A stretch of 64,000 nucleotides of DNA from contig JAFGQU010000004.1 in NCBI GenBank assembly GCA_016935525.1, positions 131,774 to 195,773 on the forward strand. The letters run 5' to 3'. Source of the DNA: Candidatus Omnitrophota bacterium. GTDB lineage: Bacteria; Omnitrophota; Gorgyraeia; Duberdicusellales; 4484-171. How positions within the stretch are numbered: the stretch's first letter is position 1; the number at the start of each line of letters is the position of its first letter. This document shows positions 58,161 to 64,000 of this stretch, piece by piece. The position numbers and the translations under genes were made by a program. Under the pieces are notes generated by a model. It saw only the letters and a program-made list of their open reading frames with translations, was not told where the DNA came from and ran no database searches.

Positions 58161-59702
58161 TTATTCCTCAGGATTAAAAGCGCGGCCGAGATCAGCAGGT
58201 ACTTTTATATGTACATATTCTTCAAAAATAGCCCGGGCAACGTTACTGGCCAGCACATAATTGCCCTTTTTGGTACAATGGCCGAATCCCCCGGCAAACG
58301 CGTCACTAAACAGACTCGCATACCCCTGTTCTTTGATGGCATCGAGGAATATTTTTTCATTATCAACGAAAATGATTTCTGGTTTCCCCTGAAATATTCT
58401 TCTGATCACTTCGATACTACGGGTAGGATATTGGACACATACCAATTGTATATCTTTCGAACGGACGATATCGTATATCTTCAGAAAATTATCCCGGGTA
58501 ACCGGGTCATATCTCTGCCGGCTCCATCTTTGGGCTTTCCGGTAAAACTGCAAAGCTCCTTCGGTATCATGTAAGGACCGTTTCGCCATCGCCATGCCTC
58601 CCAGGATCCTTTCATTGATCGCCCCGTTATGTAACGCTTCGGCATACACCTGATGAGCCTTTCGGAACTGCTTTCGTCTCATGTAAAAATCGGCCATTTT
58701 CACATACCCCATGCTTTCGGTAGGATATTCAGCGATCGCTCTTTGGCAGACTTCTTCTACCTTTTTTAAAAGCATCGTGACGGTATCAAATTCACGAAAA
58801 TACCGGCGTTTAAGCGCCTGGAAATAATAAATATGCGACGCGTACAAATACGTGCGGATATCCGGGTCAAGACTCAGCGCTGTATCTATTACTTTTACCG
58901 CATCATCATAATTAAGCGCTAGGTGTAAAGCCCAGGCTAAAAATGTATACCCTTTTGCCTCCTGAGGATTGAGTTCGATCGCTTTTTGAAAAAATTCCTG
59001 AGCTTCTTTATAGTTCCGCTCCTCTAATAACTCTTCTCCTTTCCGGATATAGCGCTCGTATGTTCCCTCACCCTCTTCAAAAACCCTATCGATTTGTTTG
59101 GATATGGTCTCGTTTTCGACACCATTATGGTCAACTTCTGCTTTTTGAACATGTTCAAAACCAAGGTGTTCCCGTAAAAAATTCAGGAATAACCCGGCAA
59201 GCTTATATATCCTCAACGAAGTAACCATATGATTTTTCTTCTGAGAACCCGCCGGAGAATATCGCTGTAATGGATTATAATCATTGATCCCCATCATCAC
59301 CACTACGATATCAGGCCGGTATTGTCTGATATGGTTTTCTAACTGGTCTACTAAATACGTGGTCTTTACTCCGGGGACTCCTTTATTCATCACACTGAAC
59401 CGTATATCCCGGCTATAGGTGTTGAGTATTTCTTCCAACTGCCGGGGATAAGAATACTTCCCGCCTAAGGCGGTAGTCGACTCGCCGATACACAGGATAC
59501 GACAATCTCCCTGTTTCATCAGCGACCTTCGATTCTCTCTTTCCTGGACAGAAAGGAACACGACTCCGCCTAACCGCAGAAGACATTCAAGCGAAAGGAG
59601 AATAAGCAGAAAAAGGAGAAACCAAAAAAAGAGCGGTTTGCCTATAGCAAATACCTGTTTACTTCTTACTCTAGGGGTCATAGAACCATCATATTTGTTC
59701 AA
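58161..59702 (-). CDS. Membrane-anchored SGNH/GDSL-like hydrolase with an inserted TPR region (tandem paralog)
   Basis: Same architecture as the neighbouring gene (CIGESTT, MMGIND, GGFGHCT). Confidence 0.55.
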   Translation of the reverse strand: MNKYDGSMTPRVRSKQVFAIGKPLFFWFLLFLLILLSLECLLRLGGVVFLSVQERENRRSLMKQGDCRILCIGESTTALGGKYSYPRQLEEILNTYSRDIRFSVMNKGVPGVKTTYLVDQLENHIRQYRPDIVVVMMGINDYNPLQRYSPAGSQKKNHMVTSLRIYKLAGLFLNFLREHLGFEHVQKAEVDHNGVENETISKQIDRVFEEGEGTYERYIRKGEELLEERNYKEAQEFFQKAIELNPQEAKGYTFLAWALHLALNYDDAVKVIDTALSLDPDIRTYLYASHIYYFQALKRRYFREFDTVTMLLKKVEEVCQRAIAEYPTESMGYVKMADFYMRRKQFRKAHQVYAEALHNGAINERILGGMAMAKRSLHDTEGALQFYRKAQRWSRQRYDPVTRDNFLKIYDIVRSKDIQLVCVQYPTRSIEVIRRIFQGKPEIIFVDNEKIFLDAIKEQGYASLFSDAFAGGFGHCTKKGNYVLASNVARAIFEEYVHIKVPADLGRAFNPEE

Positions 59703-59717
59703 TCCTTCCGTACCGGT

Positions 59718-60275
59718 TTATCGGGACGATATAAGGCTTAACGTTTCTTCCCGCGTTTTCCGGTTTGAACGAAACACTCCCCGTACCACGCTGGTCACGG
59801 TGGTCGCGCCCGGTTTTTTCACTCCCCGCATGGTCATACAGAGATGTTCGGCTTCAATGACGACCATCACCCCTTTGGGTTTAAGCCTCTTCATGATCAC
59901 ATCGGCAATATCGGTAGTGAGCCTCTCCTGCACCTGCAGTCGCCGGGCTAACATATCGACTACCCGGGCGATTTTACTTAATCCGGTGATCTGTTTATCG
60001 GGAATATAAGCGACGTGAGCTCGGCCGACAAAGGGAAGCAGGTGATGTTCGCAAAGCGAATAAAGTGGGATATCTTTGATTAAAATGATCTCATCGTGTT
60101 TCTGTTCTAAAAAGATATCCAATTCTTTCGAAGGATCCCGATGTTCTCCAGCCAGGATCTCTTCATACATATCGGCGACCCGCTGGGGAGTATTTACCAT
60201 ATCTTTACGTTTCACATCGGTCCCGATGCCTTCCAGGATGAGTTTTGCCCCTTTGGCTATTTTTTCTTTATCCAT
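59718..60275 (-). CDS. folE: GTP cyclohydrolase I
   Basis: [19 protein letters not shown] zinc-site motif. RBS AAAGGAG. Confidence 0.9.
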   Translation of the reverse strand: MDKEKIAKGAKLILEGIGTDVKRKDMVNTPQRVADMYEEILAGEHRDPSKELDIFLEQKHDEIILIKDIPLYSLCEHHLLPFVGRAHVAYIPDKQITGLSKIARVVDMLARRLQVQERLTTDIADVIMKRLKPKGVMVVIEAEHLCMTMRGVKKPGATTVTSVVRGVFRSNRKTREETLSLISSR

Positions 60276-60426
60276 CGATTAACTCCTTTCAATGAGCGCG
60301 CTTTTGACATCTATGATGCCAAAAGTCTGCGCGAATTGACCCTTGACAATTTTGTGCATAATTGTCAAGGGTAGAATTCGACTACGGATTTTTATTCGCT
60401 TGCGCTATAAAAATCCAAGTCTCATC

Positions 60427-61875
60427 CTACTTTCCAATACAAAATTGAGTAAACAATTTATTCATTACCTCGTCGTTCAACGATTGTCCGGTACACACCC
60501 CGATTTTCCTAAAAACTTCCTGTAAAGAGAAATGGATATGATCCAAAGGATACCCGTTACGATGAAACTCAAGCGCTTTTGCGATTTCTTCTTCTATCTG
60601 GGTAAGCAGAGTTCTTTGCCATTGGGCAAGGAATAAAAGGTCTTCATCTTTGGTCAAGCCTTTTCTTTTCACCCAACCGGCGATCGTATCTTCTAATGTA
60701 GACAAGCCCTGGTCTTTCAATGCGCTCATCTTTACCATCGATATGTGTAACTTTTTCAATATGTTCATATCGATCTTCTGCGGTAAATCGGCTTTATTCA
60801 GCACTACGATCGCGTTTTTCCCTTTCATCATATCCAAAAGAAACCGGTCATCTTTCCCTATTTTTTGCGATTGGTCGATGACGAGCAGGATAAGATCGGC
60901 ATCTTTGATCTTATCTTTGGATTTCTCAATAGCTTTTTTATCGATCAGATCTTTCGGTTCTAAAATACCCGCGGTATCGTACATCTTAAGCGCTACCCCC
61001 CGGATATAAATATCTTCCTGGATCACGTCACGGGTAGTACCGGGGATACGGGTCACGATAACCCGTTCCTGGCGTAACAGGCGGTTAAACAGCGTAGATT
61101 TTCCGACATTAGCCCGGCCGCAGATCACGCAATGGATATCCCCGCGTACGCGTTCGGCCCGTTCAGCATCCTTACGTAATCCGGTGACGGTCTCTTTTAT
61201 CATGTTCAAATCACGGGTTATCTGTGAGGAGTCGACCGGAATATGTTCTTCGGGAAACTCAAGGATTGCTTCGACTTTCACGAGAAAATCCTCTATATGA
61301 GTTTTAAGTTTCTCTATCTTCCGGGAATTTGCCCCTTTCAACTGAGCGACGGCCGCCGCCAGGCCGAAATCGGTTTTTGCTTCAACGATATCGACGATAC
61401 TCTGGGCCTGTAATAGATCTATTCTTCCGTGTATAAACGCCCGATAGGTAAATTCTCCGGGTAAGGCGGCCCGGCCGCCGGATGAGACCAGAAGGTCAAG
61501 GATCTTATTCAACACCAGCCCCCCCCCGTGCGATGATATCTCTACCACATCTTCCCGGGTATAACTGAACGGTTTCCTCATCACGCTTACCAATACCTCA
61601 TCCACCACTCTTGTTTCTTGTCCTTTTATTTTTAATTTTTTATTTTTAATTTTTGATTTTTCAACGATCCATCCGTAATGAAGCGAAAAATTCCGGGCAC
61701 GGCGGATATTTTTTTTTACTTTAGGCCGGAAGATCTTGGCGACGATACCGAGGGCGTTCTTACCCGAAACTTTTATCACTCCTAAGGCGGCTTTCGCGGG
61801 AAACGTCGCTATCGCGCAGATCGTATCGTGACGGTTATATTCTTGGACAAGCAAGTTCGGCTCGTTCATCGGCAC
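60427..61875 (-). CDS. mnmE: tRNA modification GTPase MnmE
   Basis: G1 GRANVGKST, G3 DTAG, G4 NKAD and the C-terminal CIGK motif. Lys-rich insertion in the N-domain. Confidence 0.85.
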   Translation of the reverse strand: MPMNEPNLLVQEYNRHDTICAIATFPAKAALGVIKVSGKNALGIVAKIFRPKVKKNIRRARNFSLHYGWIVEKSKIKNKKLKIKGQETRVVDEVLVSVMRKPFSYTREDVVEISSHGGGLVLNKILDLLVSSGGRAALPGEFTYRAFIHGRIDLLQAQSIVDIVEAKTDFGLAAAVAQLKGANSRKIEKLKTHIEDFLVKVEAILEFPEEHIPVDSSQITRDLNMIKETVTGLRKDAERAERVRGDIHCVICGRANVGKSTLFNRLLRQERVIVTRIPGTTRDVIQEDIYIRGVALKMYDTAGILEPKDLIDKKAIEKSKDKIKDADLILLVIDQSQKIGKDDRFLLDMMKGKNAIVVLNKADLPQKIDMNILKKLHISMVKMSALKDQGLSTLEDTIAGWVKRKGLTKDEDLLFLAQWQRTLLTQIEEEIAKALEFHRNGYPLDHIHFSLQEVFRKIGVCTGQSLNDEVMNKLFTQFCIGK

Positions 61876-63238
61876 ATGCCTCTTTTAATACTTTTTTGAC
61901 ATCGGCAACTAAAAACAATGATCCGGAAACCACAATGACCGTATTCTTATCGGATTCGGCAAAAGAGAGCGCAGTGTTAAGGGCTTCCCGCGGATTTTCC
62001 GCATGCCAGGCGTCGTGTAATCCCACTTTTTTTGCGATCTCCGAAGAGCTGATACTGCGCGGATTACTGAAAGGAGTAAGCACGACCCGCCAGTAAGGGA
62101 TGTGGCAAACCATATTTTTTATATCCTTATCCCTGGCCGCGCCGAACACAAAGATGATCTTCTTTTGAGGATAATACTCCGCAAGGCTCTTTCCTAATAC
62201 TTTAAACGCCGCGGGATTATGGGCGACATCGACAATGACCGGCGGGTCACCCCGGAGGGTTTCAAATCGTCCTTCAATAAAACTGTTCTTTAAACCTTCT
62301 TTAAAATTAAGCACCGCATCGATCAAGCCCTGTTTTTTTAAGATCGTCAATGCCGCTAACGCCAGGGCGGCATTGGGTATCTGATACGCCCCTCTCATAG
62401 ATACCTTTAATCCTTTCCATTCTTCTTCCCCTATAAAAAAATCAAATTGGGAAAAATCATCCCTTAATTTCACGTTCTTAAACCCGAAATCTTTATCCTG
62501 AAGAAACACCCTCGAGCGGTGAATCTTTGCAGTCTTACGGATCTCAGCAAGCGCGCGTTTTCTCTGTACGACACTCACCACGCTCACCCCGTCTTTGATG
62601 ATACCGGCTTTCTCCCGGGCAATAGCAGAAATACTCCTGCCCAACACGTGAGTATGATCGTAATCTATAGTATTCAAAACCGAGACGAGCGGCATCACCA
62701 CATTAGTCGCATCAAGCCGTCCGCCCAACCCGGTCTCAAGAACCGCAAAATCGACTTTCTTTTCGGAAAAATAGCGCAGAGCCATTGCCGTATATATTTC
62801 GAAAAAAGTAGGAATATCCCGCGGATCCTTTCGTCTTAATGCTTCCAGGTACGGACGGAACTCAGAGATAATCCTTATCACATCCGGTTTGGCGATAAGC
62901 GATTCCCGTATCACCGAACCATTTTTTTCATAAGGGTCCTTTTTCCTTACCGGACGGAATATCTTGATACGTTCTCTTAGATCAAAAAAATGCGGAGAAG
63001 TGTATAATCCTACGGTATATCCCGAATGAGCGAGGATCGTCGCGCAAAACGTCGCGGTAGACCCTTTCCCTTTGGTCCCGGCGACATGGATCGCTTTCAA
63101 GCCGTCACACTCTATCGCAAGCCCCTGAAGCAACCGGCGCATCCGGTCTAGTTTAAGGGTACGGTCATAGACGAAATCGGTCTTTTTCTCGTAATTAATG
63201 AACGAATCCAGATATGCGACTGTTTCTCTATACATCAT
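61835..63238 (-). CDS. folC: Folylpolyglutamate synthase / dihydrofolate synthase
   Basis: Mur-ligase P-loop HVAGTKGKGST and a FolC-like C-terminal domain. Confidence 0.85.
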   Translation of the reverse strand: MMYRETVAYLDSFINYEKKTDFVYDRTLKLDRMRRLLQGLAIECDGLKAIHVAGTKGKGSTATFCATILAHSGYTVGLYTSPHFFDLRERIKIFRPVRKKDPYEKNGSVIRESLIAKPDVIRIISEFRPYLEALRRKDPRDIPTFFEIYTAMALRYFSEKKVDFAVLETGLGGRLDATNVVMPLVSVLNTIDYDHTHVLGRSISAIAREKAGIIKDGVSVVSVVQRKRALAEIRKTAKIHRSRVFLQDKDFGFKNVKLRDDFSQFDFFIGEEEWKGLKVSMRGAYQIPNAALALAALTILKKQGLIDAVLNFKEGLKNSFIEGRFETLRGDPPVIVDVAHNPAAFKVLGKSLAEYYPQKKIIFVFGAARDKDIKNMVCHIPYWRVVLTPFSNPRSISSSEIAKKVGLHDAWHAENPREALNTALSFAESDKNTVIVVSGSLFLVADVKKVLKEACADERAELACPRI

Positions 63239-63327
63239 ATGTTCCTTTTATGGCGGACATCAGACGCAGCAGATGTCGCCGCCTGCGATCATCTGCGGAT
63301 TTCAGTCTGCGATCATCTGTGTATGGA

Positions 63328-64000
63328 TCAGTGGCGGAAGTGGCGTAATCCCGTGAACACCATTGCCAGATTAGATTTATTGCATAATTCGATAATATCC
63401 GGGTCTTTTATCGATCCTCCTGGTTGAATAATCGCTTTGATCCCGTATTTTTTCATCAATTTGATCGAATCCGGTTTTGGGAAAAATCCGTCGGAAGCCA
63501 ACACCCCGCCGTGCACTGATCTGGCGGCATTACCGATAGCGATCTTCACCGAACCGACACGGGAAGGCTGGCCGGCACCGATCCCCAGCGTGGTCCCGTT
63601 TTTGGCGACCACGATCGCGTTGGATTTTACAAATTTCACCACTCGCCAGGCAAACAATAGATCCGCTATCTCTCTTTGGGTAGGTTTGCGTTTACTTACG
63701 ACTTTCATCTGATGTTTTTCCAGGATCGCGTTATTATTATCCTGGATAAGGTAACCGAACACCGTTCGTTTAATATCTTTATTATTTATCGTTTTCGATA
63801 AATTGATCTCCAGCACCCTTATATTCTTTTTTGCCGAGAAAAGTTTAAGCGCTTCTTTTGAATAAGACGGAGCGATAATACATTCCTTGAAATCGGTTTT
63901 AAGGATCTTCTGAGCGGTTTTACCGTCGACTTTCCGGTTAAACCCGACTACCCCGCCGAAACTCGAAACCGGATCGCATTTATACGCATCTTCATATGCG
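63328..64000 (-). CDS. purH: Bifunctional AICAR transformylase/IMP cyclohydrolase PurH; C-terminal part only, the 5' end lies outside the window
   Basis: C-terminus ...AIIQPGGSIKDPDIIELCNKSNLAMVFTGLRHFRH, the PurH terminal signature. The frame stays open beyond 64000. Confidence 0.8.
   Translation of the reverse strand, partial: AYEDAYKCDPVSSFGGVVGFNRKVDGKTAQKILKTDFKECIIAPSYSKEALKLFSAKKNIRVLEINLSKTINNKDIKRTVFGYLIQDNNNAILEKHQMKVVSKRKPTQREIADLLFAWRVVKFVKSNAIVVAKNGTTLGIGAGQPSRVGSVKIAIGNAARSVHGGVLASDGFFPKPDSIKLMKKYGIKAIIQPGGSIKDPDIIELCNKSNLAMVFTGLRHFRH

Noticed and set aside
1139-63712. Numerous 60-130-aa ORFs on the opposite strand inside long genes (for example 3494-3826, 8939-9364, 10733-11389, 25830-26375, 32444-33457, 46244-46945)
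   Set aside because: They are entirely embedded antisense to well-supported genes, have no RBS or motif support, and their composition mirrors the sense strand. Treated as spurious.
1-64000. Mobile elements, prophage, integrases, transposases
   Set aside because: No recombinase, transposase or phage structural signatures were recognised in any frame. No tRNA gene was detected to mark an integration site. The accessory cluster appears chromosomally embedded.

Overview
This 64-kb window is bacterial, about 47% GC, almost entirely minus-strand coded, and likely from an uncultivated lineage. It consists of housekeeping operons flanking one roughly 23-kb accessory block.

Housekeeping genes on the left: a sugar ABC transporter with a trailing lipoprotein, then tyrS, rpsA, plsC, a phosphohexomutase, nadD, proA, proB, obg, rplU and a SpoU-family methylase. 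They are followed by a radical-SAM/thioredoxin/CcdA operon, a GH94-like glycoside phosphorylase, HU and an m5C RNA methylase.

Housekeeping genes on the right: accA, an L,D-transpeptidase, a response regulator, yifB, a UvrD-like helicase, two tandem SGNH-TPR paralogs, folE, mnmE, folC and purH.

The block at about 25.2-48.7 kb reads as one co-directional biosynthetic gene cluster:
- a PadR regulator and an AT-rich palindrome upstream;
- an acyl-CoA ligase, a KS-alpha, a chain-length-factor (CLF) KS lacking the catalytic Cys and His residues, and an ACP;
- an SRPBCC cyclase/aromatase-like protein, a putative-cyclase-family protein, an SDR and an MFS transporter;
- a B12-binding radical SAM enzyme, an amidohydrolase_2 and a class IV (PabC-like) aminotransferase;
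- an MtnA-like isomerase, a class II aldolase-SCP2 fusion and a nucleoside phosphorylase;
- an aldehyde dehydrogenase, an RND/MMPL exporter, a LolA-like protein, an outer-membrane beta-barrel and a PaaI thioesterase.

This looks like a type II PKS-like or aryl-polyene/xanthomonadin-like lipid or aromatic polyketide system with outer-membrane export. It is the most notable content of the window.

A second striking feature is a family of intergenic palindromic elements, REP-like, built from tandem 7-8-nt GTGAC-containing units in inverted arrays. They sit in most intergenic gaps of the cluster and once in the 5' end of a lipoprotein gene. A variant built on ACGCGTTAC units also occurs, and the arrays extend some reading frames into repeat-encoded tails.

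No tRNA, rRNA, CRISPR array, integrase or transposase was recognised.
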